From Cladosporium halotolerans (taxonomy: Eukaryota): a stretch of 64,000 nucleotides of DNA. The stretch lies in the NCBI RefSeq assembly GCF_011745625.1, contig NW_027191455.1, positions 248,001 to 312,000 on the forward strand, in the 5' to 3' direction. The notes below the pieces were generated by a model that was not told the DNA's origin, ran no database searches, and worked only from the letters and a program-made list of their open reading frames with translations. The translations under genes and the position numbers were made by a program. This document shows, in pieces, positions 48,184 to 59,706 of this stretch (positions within the stretch are counted from its first letter, which is position 1; each line of letters starts with the position of its first letter).

Positions 48184-49308
48184 ATGGGAAAGTCTTCCAA
48201 GGATAAGCGTGATGCTTACTACCGCCTGGCAAAAGAACAAGGCTGGCGCGCCCGATCCGCCTTCAAGCTCTTGCAACTAGACGAGGAGTTTGATCTTTTC
48301 GAAGGAGTCACACGAGTGGTCGATCTCTGCGCAGCTCCTGGAAGCTGGTCCCAAGTCTTATCCCGTGTCCTAATCAAAGGCGAGCGAGTCGGCCGTGCAG
48401 CCTACGAAGACAAGCGCCACAAGGAATTTCTGCGTTTGCGGCAAGCTGCATCAGCCGAGCAAGTCTCGATCGACGAGCCTGAGACTCCTGCCAACCAGCC
48501 GAGGAAAGATGTCAAGATTGTCGCCATTGACCTTCAGCCCATGTCTCCTCTGGAGGGCATCACTTGTCTGAAAGCGGACATTACCCACCCTTCAACCATC
48601 CCTCTCCTGCTTAACGCACTTGACCCAGACTTCGTCCCTACTTCTACTTCAGTAGAGGCCGCGCAGCCGGTAGACCTCGTACTCTCCGATGGGGCTCCAG
48701 ATGTCACCGGTCTGCACGACCTAGACATCTACATCCAGTCGCAACTCCTCTGGGCCGCCCTCAACCTGGCCCTCTGCGTCCTCAAGCCCGGCGGCAAATT
48801 CGTCGCCAAGATTTTCAGAGGCAAGGATGTCGACCTTCTCTACGCCCAGATGACGATTCTCTTCGAGCACGTCACCGTTGCCAAGCCCCGTAGCAGCAGA
48901 GCCAGTAGTGTCGAGGCTTTCATAGTTTGCACCAACTTCCAACCGCCCAAGGGCTTCAAGGCGAGCCTGGAGAATCCGCTCGGAGCTGGGCGGACGGTGA
49001 AACCCTCGAGCGAGGCGAAGGGTGAGCGAACGCAGGCTTGCCGTAGGACGAGGGCAGATGGCATCACAGAGCTCGAGCTGGGCTCGGACACCGAGGATGA
49101 GGACCAGCATGGCCGCTGGATTGCTCCATTCCTTGCCTGTGGTGATCTGAGTGCTTTCGATGCTGATGCGAGCCACAAGTTGCCCGAAGGTCATGTCAGT
49201 TTGGACCCTGTACAGCCTCCTACTGCTCCCCCGTACAAGAGAGCGCTGGAGGAGCGTAAGAAAATGGGAGGCGCCTACGGAAAGACGAAGCTTGGAGAGA
49301 TGAAATGA
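48184..49308 (+). CDS. TRM7: tRNA (C32/G34) 2'-O-methyltransferase, FtsJ family
   Basis: MGKSSKDKRDAYYRLAKEQGWRARSAFKL, VDLCAAPGSWSQ, DGAPDVTGLHD, KPRSSR, PVQPPTAPPY. Confidence 0.96.
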   Translation: MGKSSKDKRDAYYRLAKEQGWRARSAFKLLQLDEEFDLFEGVTRVVDLCAAPGSWSQVLSRVLIKGERVGRAAYEDKRHKEFLRLRQAASAEQVSIDEPETPANQPRKDVKIVAIDLQPMSPLEGITCLKADITHPSTIPLLLNALDPDFVPTSTSVEAAQPVDLVLSDGAPDVTGLHDLDIYIQSQLLWAALNLALCVLKPGGKFVAKIFRGKDVDLLYAQMTILFEHVTVAKPRSSRASSVEAFIVCTNFQPPKGFKASLENPLGAGRTVKPSSEAKGERTQACRRTRADGITELELGSDTEDEDQHGRWIAPFLACGDLSAFDADASHKLPEGHVSLDPVQPPTAPPYKRALEERKKMGGAYGKTKLGEMK

Positions 49309-49540
49309 AGCTTCGGCGGCTCGCGACATGTGAATATTCACGCAGGATGCGAAGTTTGACTCCACTTCGGAAAATTGCATTCACTTTCACAAGGGCCTCG
49401 AACGATGGCACATTAACATATGCGCTCATGCTTCACGAGTGTGAATAACGCGAAGGCCTCAACAAAACCCGCCGGATCTCCGAAAAGCTTCCAACACCAC
49501 CGTGCAAACAAAAGATCAATTCAAAACGCCATAAATCACC

Positions 49541-50230
49541 ATGCTCAAGAACGCCACCCACCACGTACCCAGACAGGTCTTCCGCCTCTTGAAAGAAGGC
49601 ACCGGCGGCCTCGTTTACTTCCACCACGCCTCCAGCGCAACCATGCCCACCGATCCCAAAGACCCAACCTTAACTCCCCGCGTTGGCGTCCACGATATCA
49701 CAACCGGCCTGGGAGTCTACTTCGCCCTCAGCGAGCGCTGCTGCTTCACCGCGCACATCACCGCGCACGTCCGCAACCGCAACTCTTCCACCGTGCGCCA
49801 CACGATCTCCAATCTCGAAGGCCTCGACCTCAAAGCCCAGGTCTCTGACCGTCTACATGCTACCCTCAGCCGCATGGGGCACAATGTCTGCAATCCTGGC
49901 GTTACGAGGCCGTACACTAAGCGCTCGCTCATGATGGTCTGTCCGGGGATGTACCACAAGGATGGCGCAGAGCAGGTTGGTGTGTATGTTGCGCAGGCTG
50001 TTTGGGAGTATCTTGGTCTAGAGCGGGAGCGCTACCCTGTCGATGAGGGGTCTTCGGGCTTTGTGCTGGAGCACCTTGGGCGTCCACTTATGTTTCCGTC
50101 TTTGAGCGCCCAAAGCGGGGTTCTCGGAGGGCTGAAGCATTTGGAGATGCTTGTCCCGCGCGAGGAAGTGGGCGAGCATATTTGCGGGTTCGACTTTGAG
50201 ATTGAAGCGAAGGGAGAATCGAGTGAGTGA
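49541..50230 (+). CDS. Hypothetical protein, possibly CNF1/CheD/NTAN1-like fold
   Basis: 229-aa ATG ORF with coding-like codon use; VGVHDITTGLGVYF...CFTAHI pattern. Confidence 0.6.
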   Translation: MLKNATHHVPRQVFRLLKEGTGGLVYFHHASSATMPTDPKDPTLTPRVGVHDITTGLGVYFALSERCCFTAHITAHVRNRNSSTVRHTISNLEGLDLKAQVSDRLHATLSRMGHNVCNPGVTRPYTKRSLMMVCPGMYHKDGAEQVGVYVAQAVWEYLGLERERYPVDEGSSGFVLEHLGRPLMFPSLSAQSGVLGGLKHLEMLVPREEVGEHICGFDFEIEAKGESSE

Positions 50231-51132
50231 AGTGTTTGGTTTTATCTTGTCTATTGGACTATCACGAGCCTGGCAGGCGTTATCTCTGCCGCTGTCGTGC
50301 TCGACACGCGACATGGAAGTTGAAGCTTGGAGTGCGGTCGTGGAAGGGTTTCATTTTCTCTATGCTGGCCTTTGAGTTGTAGCTGCTATCAGCTATAGTA
50401 TGCACATACAGATCATCGATCGAGTGTAATGCAGCCGTCGCCGTTGCTTTGACTTAGTGTGTCACATGCTGATTCCCCTCACTATTTAATCGCCTAACTA
50501 CCGTCTTACGCAAAGGCTTTCCAACCAGCACTCCGACCCATTGCTAAACGGGCTGGTCATCCTTGATGGCATCTTTAACCTTAACGCGCGTAATGATTGG
50601 GTCGTTAATACCACCCTGTATCTCCTGTCTGTGGACCACGGAGTCTGCGTTGCGAGGTAGATCGTTGCGTTGACAAGCGCATGTCCTGTGGATTAGCGTG
50701 AACAATAACGGGTAGCTGGTGCCGGTGATCGCTCTCTGTCTAGTTGGCATCTTGGAAGTTTCCAGTGTGGCAAGGAAGGCTACACAAAAGAAGGCCCTTG
50801 ATTCCAAGAAGCATGAGCTCGGTAGGGCAGTCTCACGCCCAGAGAACCTTCAAGCTCTTGCAGCCTCTATTCACGACGATAGTGCCATCGACAGCTCCTC
50901 AGGTTGTTCGTTTTCAGCGTGGCAATATGTGATATGGCGTGACCGCAAACACGGCGTCGTCCAGTTGAAGTACATCTCCGACTTAATTGGTGCAGTACGA
51001 AGACATGTTTGATTGACGGGCACGATGAAGTCATCAAACACCAGCTAACGGCTTGAGATCGATTGGTCTGGACTGTATGCTCTCTTCATCTGGGCACTGC
51101 CTTGTGATCTCTTGCAACGTAATGGGTAGCTG

Positions 51133-51148
51133 TTAGGGTTAGGGTTAG
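51133..51148 (+). repeat. Short interstitial telomere-type repeat TTAGGGTTAGGGTTAG
   Basis: About 2.7 TTAGGG units read directly. Confidence 0.8.
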
Positions 51149-51728
51149 TGTGAGATCGTGAGCGTATGTGCTTGGTCCCAACCAATCCGCTGAGTTCACT
51201 TCAAGAAGATTTCTTCTGTTGACCTCCGTGATCCAAAACATGTCGAGAAGGTCAAATATTGAGTCTGTAGTGTGTGTTTATCACTCGTCAGGTCTCGACT
51301 GTAGAATGCAACACTATTAGTGATAGCCTGTCGTCAACTGCTTGACAAAGTATGATCGCAACGGTTATATATCACGACTTGAAGAAATTCAGCGAGCGAT
51401 TTGCATATGAACGAATGATTACCAGACTCTGAAGCTGCTATTGTCAACACTCACAACGTACGAGCTGACGTGCAGTCCTCTCCATGTCCAACGGCAGCTC
51501 GGCGAGAACTCCGTCTCCCTGACGTCACAATACATCATACCCATCATCACAGACGGCACTACACGTCTCGAGCTCGAGCTTTCTGCCGGGCCAAGTATAC
51601 CGAGGGGAAGGAAGTCTCTAATCCATCTTCTCTCTGTACTTACCAATCCTCCACCGAATCTCAACACCTCAATTGGTCATCACCCCAACCTCCAACCTCA
51701 CCTCACCTCACCTCAAACACCAGCAACC

Positions 51729-52300
51729 ATGTTCCGCCGCATCCTCACCACCACGCGGCCCTTCGCCCTCCCCACGCCCGCCCTCCGCGCCTCCCGTCCC
51801 TTCACCCAAGCCACGCCCACTCTCGCCCGCAAAGACACTCAGCACAAAGACGACCTCAAGCCCGAGCCAAACGAGTACTCGAAATCCGGCTCCGACGACG
51901 CGGCCGCGGCCGTCGAGAACGCCGCCTTCGACCCCAAGCAGACCTCGCCCGAAGAAGAAATGAGCACTGCCGACAAAGAGAGCGGCGGAGAGGTACGTTC
52001 TTGCAGCCCCTTCTGGAATCCGTCTTTTTTTCTTTTCTTGGATTTTTCTTTTTGGTCTTTCATGCGCGCGTGCACTAGCTGACCGATGCCCTCTTTCTGA
52101 CGCTCCAGGCACAGACGAGCCCGCTGGACGTCTCGCCGGCGAACCATGATGTTAGCCAGCCGAAGCAGCGCAACGAGGGCGGCACGGGGAGCCCGACGGG
52201 CGGGCAGGTGTCGAAGAACAGGGAGCAGGGCGCGAAGAGCGGAGGCGGCGGGGCGCCGAAGTCGGGCGGTGGGAAGTATGGTGGTGGTGGTGGATTCTAA
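51729..52300 (+). CDS. Small hydrophilic conserved fungal protein with predicted mitochondrial presequence
   Basis: MFRRILTTTRPF... presequence; EYSKSGSDD...AAFDP..TSPEEE / PLDVSPAN motifs; intron 51993-52108 gives an in-frame Gly-rich end. Confidence 0.82.
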
Positions 52301-52725
52301 AGAGCGTAGAGCTCGATGTAAAGAGGTTGTAGACTTTGTACGGATACACTCTATGGGCTTTTATGTGTGCTGTGGGTGCTGGTGATGTCAATGCTAGGGT
52401 GATTGAACAGGGTCACAATGGTGAGTGAGGCGAGTTTGAGGATGCGAACCTGGAACATGAGCAAGGGAAATGAGGAGCAAGAAGGCTCCTTTTGATTTGA
52501 TTCGATCCTAATCAGTCGGAAACCGCAAGTACTGTCTCCGCTCGCAACAACAGAATGACAAACGGCAGCACGCCGATTGTGGGGTATAAATTTTCTCTCG
52601 CATCTCACGATCAAAGCCTCCGCAAAATCAAGAAAAGGGAAAGGAAGGAAAGGGGAAGAGACCAGGGTGCTAATCAAAACCAGGTGAGCGCGAAGCATCA
52701 CCGGCGATGCCGTCTCCCATCGCGA

Positions 52726-53564
52726 TCAACCCTTGCCGCCCGCCGCCGCAGCCGGGAAGTCTTCGAGCGGCCCGGAGGTTGCGCTCATGCCCGCAGCGGC
52801 GGGGGATGTCTTGACAGCCGGTGGCGGCGGCTCCTCGGCGACGACGGGAATCTTATGGTCGCCGGCGGTGGCGGCGCTGGTGCCAACGTTCTCGGTGGTT
52901 TCGCCCGGAGTGTCAATCTTCTGGGAGCTATCGGTAGTGGAAGCGGTGACGACGTCGGGATGGGCAGATGCAGCGGAGGGCGGGGCGGGCACTGCGGCTG
53001 CGACGAGAGTCAGTTTGGTCTGGCTGTATGGATTGAGGTTTGATGGAGGGCAAGGGCATACAGGAAGTTTCGGCACTGTTGGCTGTCACGGGATTGACTG
53101 GGGCTGGGATCGGCTTGATGTCCTGCTCTCCCTCAGCAGAGACGGCGGAGACCGGCTCAGACGTGGCCGGCGCGGCCGGCAACGGGTCGGGGGAAGTAGA
53201 GGATGCGGCGGGGGTAGAGAGGACTTGGGGTTGCGAGCTGGCGTCCTTGGTGTTCACGTTGTCTTGGGTGTTGGTGGTCTCCTTGAGCGCATGGTCCGGG
53301 GTTCCAGTCGCAGCGACCGCGGCGGTCGGCGGGTTGTCCAGCGTGGCAGCCTGCTGCTGCTGGGTCTCCTTGTCCGATTTGGTATTCTGCGCAGTCTGCT
53401 GCTGCTCTTGAGTGTTCTTGTCCTTGCGGTTCTTGCCGCCGGACCTGATCATCTCCTTCAAAGCCTCCTTGACCTTTCTGAACGCGTTGGGGGCTAGAGT
53501 GGAGCGTCAGTCAGCTGATGCGGCAAGATTGTAGGCGGAAGAGCGACTTACGGACACCCGGCAT
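52726..53564 (-). CDS. Hypothetical low-complexity (Ala/Pro/Thr) protein ending GMSATSGPLEDFP...
   Basis: ATG 53564; phase-compatible introns 53551-53494 and 53061-52998 join three ORF segments. Confidence 0.75.
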
Positions 53565-54770
53565 TGTGACTGATGTTCGCGGGGTTTCAATGTCGGTGGG
53601 TGAACGAGAGTGTGTTCGCGGTGGAAGGAAGTAGCACAAGGTCGCGGAGAGGGTCAATGCGCGAGCGCGTGCCTGGAGCAAGGATCGAGGCAGAGCGACC
53701 TGCGAGCAAACACGCGCACCAATGAGGATGAGCCGTTGCTGCCTGCCTGAGGTTTGTTTGTTTAATACGTGTGATAGAAAAGGTGAGTGCTGGCTTGTGA
53801 TCGCGGCTGTCTCCAGCTACAGTAAGTTCCTATGGTGCTGCTACCTACATGTATATTCTCACCGCAGCTACAGCTCCGTTAAGCGTAACGCGTGCACGGC
53901 ACGCCGATGCTATTTTCAGCTCCGAGGCGGGCGCGCAGGCGTGGCGCAACTGCTGCTCCCACGAACGCCCCAAACACGCTGCGATGTAACTTGACAGGAG
54001 AAAGTGCGTGAGTGGACGAGTTCCAGAAGCCGCCGATCTAATCAAGCCCTCACAAGCAACCAGGGTCAGGGTCTGTCAGGTGGGTCGCGCGGCTCCACGT
54101 GATTGTCGAAGGTTGCCGATGGGCGCACGTTGAAACATGCCGCGCCGTGCGTGGGTCTGGACACGAAGCTCGCGGAGCTGATGTCATGGCCGCCAAGGTC
54201 ACGTATACGGACTGAATCGGGGGAATCAATAATATCCGAATGCATGGAGCGCGATGCAATCATGAGCTTTCATGCACACGACAGCTCGTAGGTATCGATG
54301 TGCTCTCCAGTAGTAGCTTCGAGAAAGGAGTCAATGTCGGAAATGGACGCCTTGAACCTTCATCTACAAACCCCTGCTCTCGAGTGCATGGGAGAACAGT
54401 GGCGTACTCTACTCCCCTTCAGAGCAGCAAGATCAAATATCTACTTGGAGAACAGCCTCCTAGTGTCTAGTATCTCGATCGCTGAGGAAACGGAGCGGTG
54501 CTATAATTACATCTAGGCCAACATCATAAGGTCATTCCAAGGAGACATCCGAGCCCCAGACAATCAATAGCAGAATCGAAATCGGTACTTCATTATTAAG
54601 AGTATATTAATCGTAATTAAACCAGGGAGGAAAAAGCAAAGCCAAGTCTCTCGTAGGCGATATTGCACGCAAACGCACGGATGCTTCGCTCGACGCATAA
54701 AGACGGCTGCAAAACTTCCCGCTCAAAGCACAAGTGCTCATGCATTCTCAGGGCTTCTCTCAGGCTCTGC

Positions 54771-56270
54771 TTAAGCCTTGTCGGCGGTGTAGACGCCCTG
54801 GCTGGCGCCAGCAACGTCCTTCTCGGGAACCTGCGTCGTGGTCGTCGGGCTGGCGGTGCTAGGCTCGGCCGAGGAGCTCAGGCCGTCCTTCTCGGAAGCC
54901 GTCATGGGCGCGGCGGTGGTGCCGGTGGTGCCGGTCTCGCCCTGGTGGAAGCTCTGGTAGGCGCCCTCTTCGCCGACGGAGCCCGTGGGGGACGCGGCGG
55001 AGCCGGTGGGCGAGGTCGGGGTCTCGTTGGTGGCCTGGCCGACCTGGGAGGCGATGATGTCGTGCCACTTCTGCGCGTCCTGGGGCGTGTGGGCGCGGAA
55101 GTGGTACTCGTGGCCCATGCTCATCTTGCTCATGAGGCCCTTGGAGGTGTCCTTGCCCTTGACGTTGAACTTGACGCCGTCGACGGCGCCGATCATGCAG
55201 TCCGGCAGGTACAGCGAGTTCTCCGGATGCGGGTCCTTGGCGAAGTCGTCGTCCGTCTTGAACTCGTGCAGGTACCTGGAGGGCGTGACGGCGTAGAAGG
55301 AGGTGCTGTACGACTTCATCAGCTTGCCCTTGCGCTCGAGCGAGCCGGCGATGAGGGGCTGCGTGGCGCGGTGGTCTTGGTTGGCGAAGCCGATTTGCTC
55401 GACGGCGCGCTTGGGCGCATTGGGATCGATGAGGAGGTGCTGGTTGCGCTTGACGAAACCGTTCCACTCGAAGTCGGGTGTGATGCGTTGGGCGACGCCG
55501 ATCATGTCGCCGTAGCTGTTGCGGGTCTGCTCGGTCTGGTTCTGCATGATCGAGTTGAACTGCGCGAGGCCGTTCTGGAAAGTCGAGACGACGTGGGCCT
55601 CGAACTGCGCGAAGTGGCTCTGGACGGACAGCATGTCGTCGCGGTTGTTGTTCTCCTCCAGGACCTGCTTGCTCAGGCGGTGGTAGACCTGGCGCTGCAG
55701 GATGTAAGGGTCCTCGTGCGACTTGACCGCGCCGGAGGAGGAGTCGAAGGCGGCAGTGTGCTGGCCGAGCAGCTCAATGTGCTTCTGGGAAGTGTTGCGG
55801 GCCTTGTCGACAGCCTTGGCACCCTTGCCAGCGCCCTTGGTGAGCTCCTTGGTCTTGTTCTTGATCTCGGTGTGCAGGCGCTCGAAGATGGGAAGGATAG
55901 AGCCCTTGAGGGTCTTCGCTGTCTCGCCGTGGGAGGTGGCCATGCCCTGGGTGTTGCTGCGGATGTTGTCGAAGAGGCCAGCGATCCCGCCCAGAGTCTG
56001 GTCAAAGTGGTGGCCCTCCTTGAGCGGGTTGCTGACGGTCTTCAGGACACGCTCATATTCTTTCTGGTGAGCGTGGTGCATCTTCTCCGTTGCGGTGATG
56101 TAGTCCTCGAGGTAGCCACAGGCGTGCTTCCATGCCTGCAGACGCTCGTTGAAGAGCTTGGTGGTCTCGCTGCTGTCCTCGTCGGGGATGGCATCGTCGG
56201 GGTCTGTGGTGTTGGTTGCTGTGCGAGTCGGGAGGTTGGTTTGCTGGTGGGGAGCGGTGGGAGAAGCCAT
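54771..56270 (-). CDS. SLM1-like BAR + PH domain protein
   Basis: ERLQAWKHACGYLE helical BAR region, DPYIL, PH domain (GSLERKGK...FYAVTPSRYLHEF...PENSLYLPDC...FRAHT..DAQKW); likely 5' UTR intron about 56389-56300. Confidence 0.85.
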   Translation of the reverse strand: MASPTAPHQQTNLPTRTATNTTDPDDAIPDEDSSETTKLFNERLQAWKHACGYLEDYITATEKMHHAHQKEYERVLKTVSNPLKEGHHFDQTLGGIAGLFDNIRSNTQGMATSHGETAKTLKGSILPIFERLHTEIKNKTKELTKGAGKGAKAVDKARNTSQKHIELLGQHTAAFDSSSGAVKSHEDPYILQRQVYHRLSKQVLEENNNRDDMLSVQSHFAQFEAHVVSTFQNGLAQFNSIMQNQTEQTRNSYGDMIGVAQRITPDFEWNGFVKRNQHLLIDPNAPKRAVEQIGFANQDHRATQPLIAGSLERKGKLMKSYSTSFYAVTPSRYLHEFKTDDDFAKDPHPENSLYLPDCMIGAVDGVKFNVKGKDTSKGLMSKMSMGHEYHFRAHTPQDAQKWHDIIASQVGQATNETPTSPTGSAASPTGSVGEEGAYQSFHQGETGTTGTTAAPMTASEKDGLSSSAEPSTASPTTTTQVPEKDVAGASQGVYTADKA

Positions 56271-57481
56271 GGTGACGACTGTTGATGATGGTGTTTCTGC
56301 TTTTGAAGATGTTAGCCAATGTGCACATGTGCAAGGTGAGGCCACATTGCGATTTCCCAAGGCAACCTCGCGTGTCCGTGAGAAATTACCTGGTGTGATA
56401 GGTCTGTGAGAGAAAGGTGATGAATTGACGCTTCAACAAGAAAGTGAAGCAAGGTGAGAGAAGAGCTCAAGAAAATCTAGATGAATCTATCCAGAGGGAA
56501 GTGCGACGGCCCCTCGTATATATGGGCCCCCCACGCGTGCAGGCGGGACACGGTTTCTGGCTCCATACCACGACGTCATTTCGCACCCTGCATCCCACAA
56601 GGCGCCGCCAAAGCAATTAACCTTTCTGCTGCGCCACGTATTGCTTGAAGAGCGCCGGTCTGGCCGGGTGCACTGGGAAATGAAGATCGCTGAACTCAAA
56701 CGGTTTCAATGTCACCTTGATCGTTAAAGGAGTCTTCTAGAAAAGGCGCTCGTGATCGCAGTAAGACCATAGGCTGTTGAGGATGTATGGCGGTGCAGTC
56801 AGTTCCAAGCACCAGGAGAAGGGTTGTGTCACTCCACTATTGGGCGGCCCGGGGTGTGATGACGATTGGGAGATCGCTGGTCGCATGGGGATGCATGTAT
56901 AGGTTGCGGTCTCGTGGATCGCGCACCGCACTACACCACACCATCGCGTAGCTGGGCCGTCTCGCAGACCGTGGCCAACACGCGTTTCGTTGACTGTGCA
57001 AAAGCCCTGTCTATGATCGACCGGGTGTCACGTCACCAGCGACACCTGCAGCAGATCATTTACTATCGACGGCTTTGAAATGCTCTTGACCGAAGCACAC
57101 ACGAGCTGCTTCAAAGTTTCTGTGTGTGGAAAAATCTTTTGACCTGGACCTTTGAGTCGGGCGAGAGTCAATCCAGATATTACAACCACATTGCAAACAA
57201 GTTTGACTGCAACAATTAAACTGCCACCTGCGAATGCCTGGAAAATGTGACAGTGATAGCTTGTGATCAAATTTGTCATAGCTCTATGGTACCATCATCT
57301 AGTAGCCTACTCGGCAAGGAGAGGCAATGGCCGCCAGCTCAACAGCCGAAGCCACATGCAAACGCCACAGCAATGCTCCAAGTCACGACAAAAGAAAAAG
57401 AGAAAGGAAACGAGGAAAGCCCCTCTCATGGTCGCATCGCCCAAAAATCGCAACAATCCACAATAAACACTCGCAAAACCA

Positions 57482-59140
57482 CTACTGCAGCAGCGGATCG
57501 CGGAAGTGCTTCTGGTTGTTTCCCCTCTTGTCCTTGCCCCACTGGTACTGGGCCTGCTGCCTCTGCACGCGCTTGAGCTGCCTCTTCTCCACCGCCGCGA
57601 CCTCGCGCTTCTTCTCGTCACTGACGCCGACCATGCCCAAGCCGCCGTTGGCCCTGCTGACGAGCTGCCTGCCGCGGCCGTCGCGGCCGGAGCGAGCCAC
57701 CTGGCGTCCGCCGTCCTCGTTCTCCTCTTCCGCGTCGGAGTCGTGGCGCTCGTCCTCGAGCAGCTGCTGCTGCGCGCGCTCCTCCGGCGTCGGGTAATTG
57801 CGCAGGTTCTGACGGTAGTAGGTACGCAGACTGCGGTGGCCCGCCGTGCGGCCGGAGGGCAGGTGCAGCTCGTAGTCGTCACGGTAGACGGCCTGCGGCG
57901 TGCTGTGCGCGTGCGAGTGGTAGCCGTCGCTGTGCTTGTGCTTGCCGTCCTTGCGCGAGTGGTGGCGGTGCTCGCCGAGCTTGGCGTACTGGTGGTCGCG
58001 GTGCTCGATGGGCACGGAGGTGATCTCGTCCGTGGGGACGGACGACAGCGAGCCGTCGCTCTCCCAGCCTTCGTCGTCTTCGTCCGAATCCGTGACTTCC
58101 TCGCCGTCTTCGTTCGTGATCGTCGTCTTCGTGTCGCGCTTGCGGCCGAGGCCGACACCACCCTCAGTCTCCTCCTCGTCCTCGTCACTGTCTTCGTCCT
58201 CGTACGTCGAGCGGAAGTCGTAGAACTCGCCGACCTCCATCTGCTCGTCCTCCGTGCTGTACGCGATCATGCAGTGGCCGCGGTCGCGCATGTGCGTCTG
58301 CACGCCCGAGCTCGTGTGCACCTGCTTGTGGCAGAACAGACACTGGTGCAGCACCTGGATTGTCTCGCTGAGGAAGTTGATCAGGCCCTTCAGATCCACC
58401 AAGTACTCCTTCTCCGGCACAAAGAACCCGTGCTGCTTGCCCATATGGTTCATGTTCAGATCCAGCGTCGGCGACACATAGTTGCAGAACAGACACTGAT
58501 TCACATCCGCCTTGTGCTCGTACTCCTCGTCCTCCTCCATCTTCTCCGCCTTGTGCGCGCCCACAACCCCTGAAGCACCCTCCGGCTTCTCCACCTCCAT
58601 CGCGTTCCGCAACCCATCGTTCTTCCCATAAACCGGATCCCTCGCCTCCCGCAGCCCACTCGCATTCATCCTCTCCGCCACCTCCTCCATCTCCTCATCC
58701 TCCATCTCCTCCCTCGCACCCGCGCTCTCCGTCTCCAAGGGCTCGCCCAGCGAAAACGTGCTCCCCGTCATGCTCTCCGTCTCCGTCACGCCATCTGCCC
58801 CAGCACCCCTGCCGCCAAACCTCGCCGCAGCAGCCCTGTGCTTCCCGCTCGCAACATGGTTCACAAACGCGCCCTCGGAGAAGAAGACCTTGTCGCAGGG
58901 CTCGCACTTGCGCTCGAAGCTCGCGCGCGCGGCCGTCGCGGCCGCGGAGGCTTTGTTGGCGAGGACTTTCTCCGCGAAGACTTCGGAGGTGAGCGGCGGG
59001 AGCGAGGCGACGCGGCGCTTGAGGTTGTAGCGGTGCCAGTCCGACTGCATGTGCGTGCGCTGCAGGGTGGAGGTGCGGAAGGCGACTTGGCAGGTGTTGC
59101 AGGTGAAGGGGTGGGCGGAGGCGGGGGCGGAGTCGGCCAT
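57482..59140 (-). CDS. REI1: Cytoplasmic pre-60S maturation factor (ZNF622/Rei1 C2H2 protein)
   Basis: FTCNTC...HMQSDWHRYNLKRRVASLPP, CLFCN...HMGKQHGFFVP, LPSGRTAGHRSLRTYYRQNL, C-terminal KHFRDPLLQ. Confidence 0.95.
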   Translation of the reverse strand: MADSAPASAHPFTCNTCQVAFRTSTLQRTHMQSDWHRYNLKRRVASLPPLTSEVFAEKVLANKASAAATAARASFERKCEPCDKVFFSEGAFVNHVASGKHRAAAARFGGRGAGADGVTETESMTGSTFSLGEPLETESAGAREEMEDEEMEEVAERMNASGLREARDPVYGKNDGLRNAMEVEKPEGASGVVGAHKAEKMEEDEEYEHKADVNQCLFCNYVSPTLDLNMNHMGKQHGFFVPEKEYLVDLKGLINFLSETIQVLHQCLFCHKQVHTSSGVQTHMRDRGHCMIAYSTEDEQMEVGEFYDFRSTYEDEDSDEDEEETEGGVGLGRKRDTKTTITNEDGEEVTDSDEDDEGWESDGSLSSVPTDEITSVPIEHRDHQYAKLGEHRHHSRKDGKHKHSDGYHSHAHSTPQAVYRDDYELHLPSGRTAGHRSLRTYYRQNLRNYPTPEERAQQQLLEDERHDSDAEEENEDGGRQVARSGRDGRGRQLVSRANGGLGMVGVSDEKKREVAAVEKRQLKRVQRQQAQYQWGKDKRGNNQKHFRDPLLQ

Positions 59141-59706
59141 TGTTGGGGTGTTTGTTGGGGGTTGTTGTGGGTGGTGGTGGTTGTGGTGGTGTGAAGGTGT
59201 ATGCCGCTGCGGGCAGAAAAAAGCGCGGCGAGGGTTTGCCTGCGTGGCGAGTGTTTTGCTCTGTTCTGTGTGTGTGTGTAACGACTGGAGCGACAGTCTG
59301 TTCGTGTAGTGAAGTTGTCGGACTCGAAGACAGTAGCAGTGGCGAGAAGAGCGCTGCCCGGGATCCTGTAGAGTGGAGGGGACAGGCTCTGTAAACGCGC
59401 TTTTGTCATCCGAAATCGACTCTGGATGACGCACAAAGTTTGGTGGGGGCGAAAGAGCGAGGACCCTGCGCTCGGATTTCGTGCGTTGCCGGCGGCGATA
59501 ACGGCTGATAACGATTTGGTGGGAGTTTTGAGAGATTGGAGGATCTGGTGGAAACACTTCACTCTCGCGAGAGTATATAACTCCTGCTTCAAAACCGCGA
59601 AGGTATCTTGACGTGTAAATGCAGATGGTCTATTCTATGCACCACATCCCAAACCAAAAGCACGCTTTTTCATGTACAATGTCCGCACCAACTCACCCAC
59701 AACCAT

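Noticed and set aside
16944..49308. tRNA-themed grouping (TFIIIC, two tRNAs, GluRS, TRM7)
   Set aside because: Spread over more than 30 kb among unrelated genes; compatible with chance
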